From a virus (lineage: Duplodnaviria; Caudoviricetes): a DNA stretch of 64,000 nucleotides. Positions 18,803 through 27,446 of this stretch are shown in pieces (within the stretch, counting starts at the first letter, position 1; the number at the start of each line of letters is the position of its first letter). The notes under the pieces are model-generated. The model was not told where the DNA came from. It was given only the letters and a program-made list of their open reading frames with translations, and did not search any database. The stretch covers positions 21,414 to 85,413 of the IMG/VR virus record IMGVR_UViG_3300020047_006434; one strand, given 5' to 3'. The translations under genes were made by a program, and so were the position numbers.

Positions 18803-18975
18803 AAGTCATACTCTTTTGCGACGGTGTGCCATGTGGCGTAAGCTATAGCGCCACTGGCTATACTGCCACCAATCCCCAAGATTGCCGCCGGACTAAGTAT
18901 CAATGAAGCAACGCCGGCGCTCATGATACCCATACCGAAAAACACAAGCATCACCAAACGTTCGCGTGCTGTCAT
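18799..18975 (-). CDS. 58-aa two-TM micropeptide starting MTARERLVMLVFFG (not in ORF track)
   Basis: ATGA couplings at both ends. Confidence 0.55.
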   Translation of the reverse strand: MTARERLVMLVFFGMGIMSAGVASLILSPAAILGIGGSIASGAIAYATWHTVAKEYDL

Positions 18976-19106
18976 AGACTTGTCTCCTGACTTCGCAGGA
19001 AAGAACCAAGCGCAATCAGCGCAATCCCGATGGCAAGAAAGGCAGAGTTATCATTTACGACAGCTACCACAACAGCGCATACAGTAGTAATGATGAGCCA
19101 TATCAC
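18972..19106 (-). CDS. 44-aa hydrophobic micropeptide (GTG start, not in ORF track)
   Basis: WLIITTVCAVVVAVV...FLAIGIALIALG; stop overlaps next ATG. Confidence 0.45.
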   Translation of the reverse strand: MIWLIITTVCAVVVAVVNDNSAFLAIGIALIALGSFLRSQETSL

Positions 19107-19129
19107 TACATCTCTTTTGGTTAATGGCG

Positions 19130-19708
19130 TCATAAACTCGGCCCCCGGCTTCTCAGCAGCGCCAACACCTGTTTCGGGATGGCCTCACTGTAGATAAGCT
19201 GCCCTAACTCCTGGTTGGCAGTAGCGTCCTGCAATGCGCTTTGGTAGCGTTTCACTAGCCATCCAACCCACATGGCGGCCGCTTCGCTGATGTTGTCAGG
19301 CACGCTTGTGCTATAGCCAAACTTACCCACCACGGTGATTTCGCCGTCGGTCGTAATGCCCCAATCGTACCCGGTCAACAACTCGATAAAGTGCTTGCGC
19401 GCCTCGTTGCGTGGGTGCAACCGGTAGCCGTTTGACGGAATCACACCGCCATCACCGTTCGTCAGCGTGGTTACACTCAGGCACGGCGTATCCAGAAACA
19501 ACCGCGCCCGCTGAATCTCGCTATACTGATAATAGCGCGTTGTGTCAGCCGTCACCCGAAAGCCACCGGCCGGCATGTTGTGCATTTCGTCAAGGCGTAG
19601 CGACACGGTATTGATCAACTGTGTGATCCCCGCGTCGCTGCTGGTTGACGTAATGTCCAACCTGGCCTTGTCTTTGACATCAGCAACCGTGCAGTATGGT
19701 ACTGTCAT
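19130..19708 (-). CDS. Head-tail connector/adaptor protein (HK97 gp6 / SPP1 gp15-like)
   Basis: YCTVADVK N-terminus; VVGKFGYSTSVPDNISEAA; follows capsid genes. Confidence 0.8.
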   Translation of the reverse strand: MTVPYCTVADVKDKARLDITSTSSDAGITQLINTVSLRLDEMHNMPAGGFRVTADTTRYYQYSEIQRARLFLDTPCLSVTTLTNGDGGVIPSNGYRLHPRNEARKHFIELLTGYDWGITTDGEITVVGKFGYSTSVPDNISEAAAMWVGWLVKRYQSALQDATANQELGQLIYSEAIPKQVLALLRSRGPSL

Positions 19709-19711
19709 ACA

Positions 19712-19918
19712 TTATCCCTCGGTGGATTTGCGCTTACGCTTTGGCTTCGGCGCATCCTCCACCGGCTGTTCCTCTGTTGGTGGTACGTATTCCGCGGCTT
19801 GCTCTGCGACTATTTGGCTGGCAATGTCATCCTCAAAAGCGACAACATCACCAGCCGGATAGAACACTTCGCGAGTCAGTTTGCCACGGTAATCGCGTGT
19901 AAACTTAACTTCTGTCAT
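19712..19918 (-). CDS. Small capsid-adjacent protein
   Basis: Short N-domain plus acidic/basic tail PKPKRKRK. Confidence 0.65.
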   Translation of the reverse strand: MTEVKFTRDYRGKLTREVFYPAGDVVAFEDDIASQIVAEQAAEYVPPTEEQPVEDAPKPKRKRKSTEG

Positions 19919-19920
19919 GG

Positions 19921-20319
19921 TTAGGCCAGCGTCACATTAACATTATTTGTGACGTACCATTCGCCCTGGTACGCGGTGACCGCAATGCCGTCACCGATAG
20001 CGCCGCCGAACGTGCCAACGTCGCCACCTGTGTCGCCAGCATTAAAACCGATGGTGGTGGCGGTGACGGTGTGAGCCGCGGCGGTGGTGCTCACGAACAC
20101 GATCTCTACACCGTCATGCGTGGTCGCAGTCGGCGCGGCCAGGGTAAGGTTGGCCGCGGTGCCTTTGGTGATGAACACCTTGAGACGACCGCTAGCCGGA
20201 ATCGACACGGCGCCGTTGGCGCTGGCAACGGTAAACTGATTCGATACATCAGTCGCAGCAATCGACGCCAGATCATCACCAGTGGCCACATCGCGCTTGA
20301 GATTATACAATCCTGCCAT
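19921..20319 (-). CDS. Putative capsid decoration protein
   Basis: A/T/G-rich beta protein right after MCP; AGGAGG RBS. Confidence 0.6.
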   Translation of the reverse strand: MAGLYNLKRDVATGDDLASIAATDVSNQFTVASANGAVSIPASGRLKVFITKGTAANLTLAAPTATTHDGVEIVFVSTTAAAHTVTATTIGFNAGDTGGDVGTFGGAIGDGIAVTAYQGEWYVTNNVNVTLA

Positions 20320-20331
20320 GATGGCCTCCTG

Positions 20332-23300
20332 TTAAAGCGTGACGTTGTACGAAATTGCAGAAGCTTCCGTATCCCGGTAGACCATGCCGACGCGCATCAT
20401 GCCGACAATCACGGTGCTGTCACTGATGGCATCACGCTGAACCTCAAACGTCCAGTTGCGCTTGTAGCCAAGGCGCCACTGATCCCAGCGCACGGCCAAA
20501 ATGCTGCCGGTCGTGTTGTTGCTGGCGGTGTCCAGGTCAATCTTGCCGGCCGTGTTGGCCTTCAGCCCGTAGGTAGCATCCTGGTTGGCGCGGTGCATGT
20601 TGTTGGTGGTCAGCACATCGTAGCCGTACACCCGGCGCAAAACACCCTCTTCGATGGTTGGCATCGAGTAGACATCCTGTGTTTTGAGTTCGGCCAGTTC
20701 CAACGATTTCCAGTGCGTGAACATGTCAATGATATAGCTGACGCGGGATTTCTCCACGGCGTTCTTGCCACCCAGACCCATTAGCTTAATGGTTTCCAGG
20801 TAATCCTCAATCGTCAACGTGCCAGCGCTGCGGCTGTTGGCCGTGTTGGTGACCAAGGCAAGCTTGCGGAAGCCGTCAAACAACAGGAAGGCTTCTGTGC
20901 CAGCAGGAGTGCCGCCGATGTCGTTGATGTTCGTGGTTGCGCCGGTGGCGGTATCGCCATCAACAACCACGTGTTCTAGCACTTCGGCGCCTTCGTTGAT
21001 CAGGTCGCGGCGGAGTTCAGCCACCCAGGGGATCAAGGAATCTTCCTCAAGCTCACCGCTATAGTTGACGGCAGCGCCCAGCTTGCTGACGGTCAGCGTT
21101 TTGCTAGTGCTGCCCATCTTGCTGCTGGTGATGGTCGGTGTCACGCGCCCCGGATTGCTGTCCTGCGCAGTCGCCTGTGCAACCTTGTAGAACGTGGGGC
21201 TGGTCGTGTTGACCGGAATCACAATGGATTCGCTGCCTTGCGGCACGACCACAGTGGGGATGCGGTTGACGATTTGCGTCTGTAGCCGAATCTTGTCCCA
21301 CAACTGGGTGGAATAAGTCACGCCGATCCATTCATCCCCGTAACTGGACAGCGTGCTATAGTTGAGTTCATTCGCCTTCATCGACTTGACGGCTTCAGGC
21401 ATAGCACTCTTAGCAGAACGGTATTCGTCGCCTTTGCCTTCGCTGGAATCAAGCAGGCGGATGGCCAAAGCACGGCGCAAACCTTCGGTCGTGCCTGGGC
21501 TTTCGCGGCCGTCAATGCGCATCCCCTTGGCGCTATTGAGTACGCCACTCATAAAGGAGAGGTCCTCAATCGATAGCCCGTCGTACTTGGCCTCAAACTT
21601 CGCCACGTGCGGCGCCCCACCAGGCAGGCGGCGGGCCTCGGCAGCTTCAGCCTTAGCAGCATCGGCGGCGGCCTTGGCGGCGTCTAGTTCGGCTTGCATC
21701 GCATCACGTGCAGCCTTGGCGGCATCGGTGGCCGCTGACTTCACAGCGTTCGCGATTTCGGCTTGACGGTCAGCTTCGGCTTTGGCAGCGGCATCGCGTT
21801 GGGCGAGCGCTGAAGCGACAGACTGAGCAACAAGCTCCTGAATATTTACATCGCTCATATTGTCTAAAACTCCTGTAGAACTAATGTCTTGTTGAGTGTC
21901 CGTCTCATTCGCTTTTGCCGATGCCAGCCCTCGCAACGATGTACGGTCGTCGCCTATAGCCGCACCCTCTGGCGTTTGCGCAGAGTCGGGAGATTCTATG
22001 TCAAGCGGCCAGGTCAATCCCGCCGCTGCATAAACTGATTTAAGGACCGGCAGCGCCACAGCGTATTGATTCGCCGGCTGCCGTTTGCCCACTGCGTCAA
22101 AAATTGACAGCTCTGCCACAGGCCAGTGGGTAATGTGCCCGTCGCGTTCTTTGCGCACGAGGTGCGTGATGCTGCCACTGCTCGCCCGTGCGATACCCTG
22201 TTTGGCTGCATTCCAGACGCGTACAGCGTAAGCCTGCGCTTTATCTAGTAGTGTCTTGTACCAGTGACCTTTGCTGTCGGTGTGGCTGTAAATCGCCGTG
22301 CCGATGACCTGCGGTTCGCTGGACGGGTGCCCGTTTTCGTCGTAGCCGTGGTAGTAAATGACCGGCACGGACGGGTAGCGGTCAGCATAGATATTTGTCT
22401 TGCTGCTGAAGTACTCACCGTCGCTATCCTTGCCAGCATTAGGCCCACCAAACGGCACGCCCAACACTTCAAGCGCCCATTCGCCATCGGATTTGATGGC
22501 ACGGACTAAGCCGGTGATGATTGGCTGCGATTCAGCGGCTTTCAGTTCAAAGCCTTTGACCGCTTCGCCTTTCACTTCAATCTCAATACTCACGCCGCCC
22601 TCGTTTTCGCCTTCGTCATCCTCACCCATACCGAACAACATGTAATCGATGCGCTCACCGGCCCAGACGAGGGAGAAGCCTGCAAAGTTCATGCCAAGCG
22701 CCGGCATGTCAAGCGCTGGCAGCGGTTCAGATGTGGGCAAATAGCCCAACGTCAAATGCGGCGTAAATCCGTGGTCTTCGGGCAGTTCGACACAGCATTC
22801 GGTTAATTCGTGGAGCAGTTTGGCGCGCAGCTTGAACAGCGCCGGGCTGTCATAGTTGGCGTAGACGGGGTACATTTCGGCATTGCCACTAAATCGCCCG
22901 TAGCCGTTCAGTTTACCGGCCACCGGTTCGCATTCATCAGCGATGCAGGCGAGGGTTTCGATGACCTTGTTTTTGTAGCCGGTAATCAACTGGGCATCGT
23001 CACCCAAGTACAACAGCGTAATGTGGTCAGCTTCGCTATTGGCCATGTCGCCAACACGAAACGGCGCCAACTGCGCCTGCTGCTCAGGTGACAACATCAG
23101 CGCTACCATTGCGCCTGGGTGTGCGTTCGGATCGATCTGCACAGCCTTTTGCGCCATGTCATCAGCGGGCATGGTTGGCTCATCACTGGCACTTGGTTCC
23201 AGTTCCAGCGTGGTCGCCACGATAGTCTGCGCCTGCTGGCGAATGTTGCGAATCCGTTGTCGGTCGCTTCTACTGTTGCGCTGTCCTGCCTTACCTGCCA

Positions 23301-23643
23301 TGCGTTCCTGCTCTCGTAATATGCGTTGTGCCCATGCTTTGCCGGCGTTGCCACCCCACAACAACCACGCCACGGTCCCGGCCGTTGGCCCGCCGTCGAA
23401 CTCTTTCACGTTGGGTCTATAGTTCTTCTGGTGCCGGCTGAAAAAGTTCGCCATGCGCTGGATTGTGTCCAAGCTTACGGCGTCACCATTCGCCAGATTC
23501 GTGGCACGCTGTACACCACTGCCGATGCCTTCGTCGCTGGCTTCTGCGTTACTCAAGCCACCACGCCCCCACTTTTTGCGGAGTTCTAGCCCCCGACGGG
23601 CAGCACTGCGGACGTTTTCAGGTGGTACAAACGAATCAGCCAT
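20332..23643 (-). CDS. Polyprotein: uncharacterised head-associated N-domain + 2H phosphoesterase + HK97-type prohead protease + scaffold + major capsid protein
   Basis: One uninterrupted frame; HITL (23014-23025) and HLTL (22747-22758); protease motifs YHG and ASSGS; Ala-rich coiled coil; HK97-fold MCP motifs (KLGAAVNYSGELEEDS, FDGFRK, GYDVLTTN). Confidence 0.85.
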   Translation of the reverse strand: MADSFVPPENVRSAARRGLELRKKWGRGGLSNAEASDEGIGSGVQRATNLANGDAVSLDTIQRMANFFSRHQKNYRPNVKEFDGGPTAGTVAWLLWGGNAGKAWAQRILREQERMAGKAGQRNSRSDRQRIRNIRQQAQTIVATTLELEPSASDEPTMPADDMAQKAVQIDPNAHPGAMVALMLSPEQQAQLAPFRVGDMANSEADHITLLYLGDDAQLITGYKNKVIETLACIADECEPVAGKLNGYGRFSGNAEMYPVYANYDSPALFKLRAKLLHELTECCVELPEDHGFTPHLTLGYLPTSEPLPALDMPALGMNFAGFSLVWAGERIDYMLFGMGEDDEGENEGGVSIEIEVKGEAVKGFELKAAESQPIITGLVRAIKSDGEWALEVLGVPFGGPNAGKDSDGEYFSSKTNIYADRYPSVPVIYYHGYDENGHPSSEPQVIGTAIYSHTDSKGHWYKTLLDKAQAYAVRVWNAAKQGIARASSGSITHLVRKERDGHITHWPVAELSIFDAVGKRQPANQYAVALPVLKSVYAAAGLTWPLDIESPDSAQTPEGAAIGDDRTSLRGLASAKANETDTQQDISSTGVLDNMSDVNIQELVAQSVASALAQRDAAAKAEADRQAEIANAVKSAATDAAKAARDAMQAELDAAKAAADAAKAEAAEARRLPGGAPHVAKFEAKYDGLSIEDLSFMSGVLNSAKGMRIDGRESPGTTEGLRRALAIRLLDSSEGKGDEYRSAKSAMPEAVKSMKANELNYSTLSSYGDEWIGVTYSTQLWDKIRLQTQIVNRIPTVVVPQGSESIVIPVNTTSPTFYKVAQATAQDSNPGRVTPTITSSKMGSTSKTLTVSKLGAAVNYSGELEEDSLIPWVAELRRDLINEGAEVLEHVVVDGDTATGATTNINDIGGTPAGTEAFLLFDGFRKLALVTNTANSRSAGTLTIEDYLETIKLMGLGGKNAVEKSRVSYIIDMFTHWKSLELAELKTQDVYSMPTIEEGVLRRVYGYDVLTTNNMHRANQDATYGLKANTAGKIDLDTASNNTTGSILAVRWDQWRLGYKRNWTFEVQRDAISDSTVIVGMMRVGMVYRDTEASAISYNVTL
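21870..21874 (-). promoter_or_regulatory. Internal RBS (AGGAG) ahead of in-frame ATG at 21858 (MSDVNIQELV...)
   Basis: AGGAG-11 nt-ATG at the protease/scaffold boundary. Confidence 0.5.
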
Positions 23644-23659
23644 AGTCAGAAAAATGAAC

Positions 23660-23701
23660 AAAAAAAACGGCGTGTAACCGGATTTCTCCGATCACACGCC
23701 G
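23660..23701 (-). terminator. Intrinsic terminator-like hairpin upstream of the capsid polyprotein
   Basis: 8-bp stem CGGCGTGT/ACACGCCG followed by a U run on the - strand. Confidence 0.6.
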
Positions 23702-23772
23702 CTGGTCAATTAAGACGGTTAGACGTTTTATCTATATTTAGTTTGGGCTAAGTGCCCTTAACACCTGCTGAC

Positions 23773-23801
23773 AGTATACCAGAAAACAGGCGTTTCGTCA
23801 A
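23773..23801 (-). promoter_or_regulatory. sigma70 promoter for capsid operon
   Basis: TTGACG-17 bp-TATACT. Confidence 0.7.
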
Positions 23802-24010
23802 TGGGTTTCGGCTATAGTCGTTGACAGCGTGCGCCCGTGGCTATCCACCATTTTGATTACGTTGGCCGGCATCGATCTGTCACAGCACACCGTGAATACG
23901 TGGTCACCAATGTAAATCTGCGCCGCTTTACTCAGGGCTTCATCGCTAATCGTTGCGCCATCTGGTAAAACAATCCATTCACCCAAGTAAGGGTTATATT
24001 TCATTGTCAT
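23798..24010 (-). CDS. Hypothetical protein
   Basis: ORF on the operon strand. Confidence 0.45.
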   Translation of the reverse strand: MTMKYNPYLGEWIVLPDGATISDEALSKAAQIYIGDHVFTVCCDRSMPANVIKMVDSHGRTLSTTIAETH

Positions 24011-24056
24011 GCTTCACCCCTGTTCATCGAACCATGCGCCCCAAATGCGCATACTG

Positions 24057-24485
24057 CTACCCGTTTTGCTCCCACCAACTTGTTATATCGCGACTCATGC
24101 GGCGTGTCAAATCACCCATAAAATCGCCAATCACATCGGCGGCTAGCCACCATCGGCCCTCATGCATCCACGCCTGACTGTCGGCACCATCGGCATCACC
24201 GACCACGTAAGGACCATAGAACTGCCCGCGGTCACCCCGTGCTGAGTTCTGGATGGATACCTGCCCAGGCTTGTCTTTCTTGACGTTCCAGCTATTCGCT
24301 AGCCGTCCGGTGCGGATATACTTCTGATTCGGTCGCTTCGGCGGGTAGGGCATCGACTTCAATTCGTGGCGTATGTCCTGCGCCCACTCACCCAGCGTAT
24401 CCTCAATCACTTCGGGATGCGTTGACGCTAACATACGCAGGGCATTGCCAACGCGCTGATAACCAATAATCTTAAAATCAATCAT
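24057..24485 (-). CDS. HK97 gp10-like neck/tail-completion protein
   Basis: YIRTGRLANSW motif and YGPYV. Confidence 0.7.
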   Translation of the reverse strand: MIDFKIIGYQRVGNALRMLASTHPEVIEDTLGEWAQDIRHELKSMPYPPKRPNQKYIRTGRLANSWNVKKDKPGQVSIQNSARGDRGQFYGPYVVGDADGADSQAWMHEGRWWLAADVIGDFMGDLTRRMSRDITSWWEQNG

Positions 24486-24493
24486 CTATCCAC

Positions 24494-25144
24494 CTACAGC
24501 TTAGGTACCACTAGCGGGTTCCACGTTGTTGCATTCGTGATGCATCCGGCACAGTTTTCTGTCGGCGTCAACGTCCAGTAGCAAAGCCACTCTTTATCAT
24601 TCTCTTTGATGTCCCAGTAACATTTACAGTTGCTGAGACATGGCGTATTACCTGCTCCGGGGTACTGTGGCATGTCAGGCATCCCCCGTGCCGCCACCTT
24701 TGACCGCTCAAAAGCTTGGCTACTTGCCTCCGCATACATACGCGCCCGCGATGCAACCGCTGATTCGTTGTAGCGCCCACCGGCAATGTCGGTGGCGAAT
24801 CTGTCCAGATATTGATACTGGTTGCGCACCATATGGCCAACACGCCCCCAGTCGGCCTGAGACATCGTATTGCGTCCACCATGTGCAAGCATGTACTGAT
24901 TGATAAAATTGTCTTTAATCTCTTGGCGCATTGCCAGGGTCCACTGATTCAGGTTGATGTCACCTTTGCTTAGTTTGGCCGACAATCCATTGACGCGTTC
25001 TTTACTTGACGCAATAATCTGCTCGCGAAAATCGAGCATTTTCTTCTGACCAACGAACGTGCCGGCGGTCTGATTGAGCGTGGCCGCGCCTTCTGCCGTT
25101 ACACGGTATCGTCTAGACGCGGAGTCCCATGACCATAGTCCCAT
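24494..25144 (-). CDS. Minor head morphogenesis protein (MuF / SPP1 gp7-like)
   Basis: Directly after portal; C-terminal CLSNCKC motif. Confidence 0.7.
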   Translation of the reverse strand: MGLWSWDSASRRYRVTAEGAATLNQTAGTFVGQKKMLDFREQIIASSKERVNGLSAKLSKGDINLNQWTLAMRQEIKDNFINQYMLAHGGRNTMSQADWGRVGHMVRNQYQYLDRFATDIAGGRYNESAVASRARMYAEASSQAFERSKVAARGMPDMPQYPGAGNTPCLSNCKCYWDIKENDKEWLCYWTLTPTENCAGCITNATTWNPLVVPKL

Positions 25145-27003
25145 TATAGGTCACTCCCGACCGATTGCGCATCGGCTTCGAGCAAGCCGGCATAATTGGG
25201 AAACGTCCGATCCCACGCCGCTATGGCGTGCTCAATATCGTCATCAGTAATCTGTAGCTCAGATGGCACAGGCGGCAATGGCTCATCGTTGCCACGTGGA
25301 ATAAATCGCAATGCCTTTGCGCTATCGTCTCGCACGTCAGCGTAGATAGTGGCTTTGTCAGCGTCGGTCAGATATGCCGCCTTAAATCCGTCAGGCTGCC
25401 GTGATTCGTCACGCTTAAGCCACTTGCGGTAAGCTTTCGCTTCCTGTTGGCGCATGGTATCCGGTGGCGCATCTGCCGGCGCGCCCTGCGGTTGGTCCGG
25501 CGGTGGTTGCTCTTGTGGCGCTGGCAATTGGCGCTGTGGTTGGACGGTCACGGAATCGACGGATGGTAGCAATGCAGGCGGTAATCCCATTAACTGGAAC
25601 AACGCTTCCGGCGGAATGCCAAGCCCCACACCAGCGGCGATTGCCTCGAACTTGGCTTTGTACTCCGATGGCGGTGGCTGTGGCAATGGTGGTAATCCTA
25701 ACCCTGCCCGCGCCTCTTCACGGGTAATAATGCCGGCGGTAATTTGATAGTTGTAGGTTTGCGCCAACTGAACACGCCCAGCGCTTTCGTCAGGCTGTGC
25801 TGCCGCTTGCTGTACGGGTTCAGATAGCAGGCGTGCGCCTTTATTGTCGGCTAGGGGCGGCATACTGTAGAAGCCCTGCCGTAGCTCGTCAATCGTTTGC
25901 ACCTGGCTGGCCGCGTTCTGTTCTGCCAACTGCATACCACGGTCGGCAATCCGCACGTCGTCAAAAGCGCCCACAAGATCGTTGCCATAGGCAGGCAGTA
26001 AATCATTGGTGATCTTCTCCGCAATGCTGACTAGTTGCGGCCACACCGCCATTTCCATAAAGGTGGATTTTCCGGCATTGCTGTTGGCCTCAGTGGCATT
26101 CACGGCCAGCATGGAGGCGTAACCAGGTGCGTAGATTGAAAAGATTTCCTCTTTATTGAAGGTGCGGCCGCTCAGGAACTCCATGTCACGCTGTGATAGC
26201 GCCATACTAATCCACTGCACGCCACCTTTGCCCACGTTGCGCAGCATCATCATCTGGCGCTTTGTGCCGCCATGCTTGGCATTCACATCGGCTTTGATTT
26301 TCTCCCATGCGTCGTTTTCAATTGGGTCAGCAAATGCTAGCGCACCTGGCACCTTGGCGTTGTCCTTGTCAAAGTAGTTGGTGTTCCACCGTTGCATAGC
26401 CAAGTCACCCTGCGCTATGGTAGCCAGCGCTTCAATTGGTGATAAGCCCACAAAGCTATTGAGCGGGTGAAAGCGCTTAAAGTGGACAATCTCATGACGC
26501 TCTAGCGGGATTTTTTCGCCGGCATCTGATTCGTACATGTAGCCACGTAGGAACATCCTGCCATCGGGTACCGGTTGAATCCGGTGTGGTGGAATAATCC
26601 AAATCTCGTTCGGCTCAGCATTTTCATTGGCGCGATTTAGCCACCAGTAGGCATTGCCGGTCAATGCGTGAAAACTAATCGTCGCCTCTAGTAATTCAAA
26701 GCGGCTCTGCAATGGGTTGGGCCGGCGTAGCAATAACTCGAATGGATGATTTTCGACGCCTTGTGTGTCTTCGCCTTTTAATTGAGATACACTAAATCCA
26801 GTTGTAGCAGCCGTGCGCGCAACACCAGCCACAGCCGCCTGCACCCATGACAAGCGCAAGTACAATTCGGATTGCGCCTGTGGTAGCGACCGATCCGGTA
26901 TCGCCCACCGCTCATCATTTGCCGTTACCCGCAGCCAGTCCGCCTGCACTTGGTCCGCCTTGCGGTACCCGAACCGCGCCGCCAATCTATCGATGATGCC
27001 CAC
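25144..27003 (-). CDS. Portal protein, HK97 family
   Basis: HPFELLLRRPNPLQS, GNAYWW, EIVHFKRFHPLNSFVGLSPI, FSIYAPG...N. Confidence 0.92.
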   Translation of the reverse strand: MGIIDRLAARFGYRKADQVQADWLRVTANDERWAIPDRSLPQAQSELYLRLSWVQAAVAGVARTAATTGFSVSQLKGEDTQGVENHPFELLLRRPNPLQSRFELLEATISFHALTGNAYWWLNRANENAEPNEIWIIPPHRIQPVPDGRMFLRGYMYESDAGEKIPLERHEIVHFKRFHPLNSFVGLSPIEALATIAQGDLAMQRWNTNYFDKDNAKVPGALAFADPIENDAWEKIKADVNAKHGGTKRQMMMLRNVGKGGVQWISMALSQRDMEFLSGRTFNKEEIFSIYAPGYASMLAVNATEANSNAGKSTFMEMAVWPQLVSIAEKITNDLLPAYGNDLVGAFDDVRIADRGMQLAEQNAASQVQTIDELRQGFYSMPPLADNKGARLLSEPVQQAAAQPDESAGRVQLAQTYNYQITAGIITREEARAGLGLPPLPQPPPSEYKAKFEAIAAGVGLGIPPEALFQLMGLPPALLPSVDSVTVQPQRQLPAPQEQPPPDQPQGAPADAPPDTMRQQEAKAYRKWLKRDESRQPDGFKAAYLTDADKATIYADVRDDSAKALRFIPRGNDEPLPPVPSELQITDDDIEHAIAAWDRTFPNYAGLLEADAQSVGSDL

Positions 27004-27229
27004 TATATGCCGCCTTTTTCAATTGATTGCCACTGGGCAACGGTTCGCGCCCCAACGCCTTGCGCCAGTATTGCGCCATGCTCATGCTGATACGATACGC
27101 CTGCTCCGCGTCGCCGGATGGAATCGCCATCATATCGCACGGCTGCCCGTTCATGCTGTGGATTCTTAGCACGCCAGCGTCGTCCATGCGTGCCTGCAAC
27201 GTGATGGCGGGTGTAGATTGGGTCATCAA
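26987..27229 (-). CDS. Hypothetical protein
   Basis: Coupled ORF between terminase and portal. Confidence 0.55.
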   Translation of the reverse strand: MMTQSTPAITLQARMDDAGVLRIHSMNGQPCDMMAIPSGDAEQAYRISMSMAQYWRKALGREPLPSGNQLKKAAYSGHHR

Positions 27230-27438
27230 TTCCCCTCGCGAACAACGGACAAATCACACTCGTTTAACACAAGTATCTGAATGTCAGGGAAGAAAGCATG
27301 TAACTGTTTTACAATTTGGTCCCTGTCTTCAAGCGTCGGATTTACACCGGGGCGCATGGTCAGCACAAGCGTGTCGCCTTTGCGAATATTGACGATCTCT
27401 ATCCGTTCAGCCTTGTTCAGCAACTCTTGATTGTCCAT
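27226..27438 (-). CDS. Hypothetical protein
   Basis: AGGGAG RBS; coupled ORF. Confidence 0.6.
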   Translation of the reverse strand: MDNQELLNKAERIEIVNIRKGDTLVLTMRPGVNPTLEDRDQIVKQLHAFFPDIQILVLNECDLSVVREGN

Positions 27439-27446
27439 GTGTCTCC

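Noticed and set aside
20071-23677. Alternative-frame and antisense ORFs over the capsid polyprotein; ORF-track start at 23661
   Set aside because: Shadow ORFs; 23661 lies in the terminator U tract, so the ATG at 23643 is preferred
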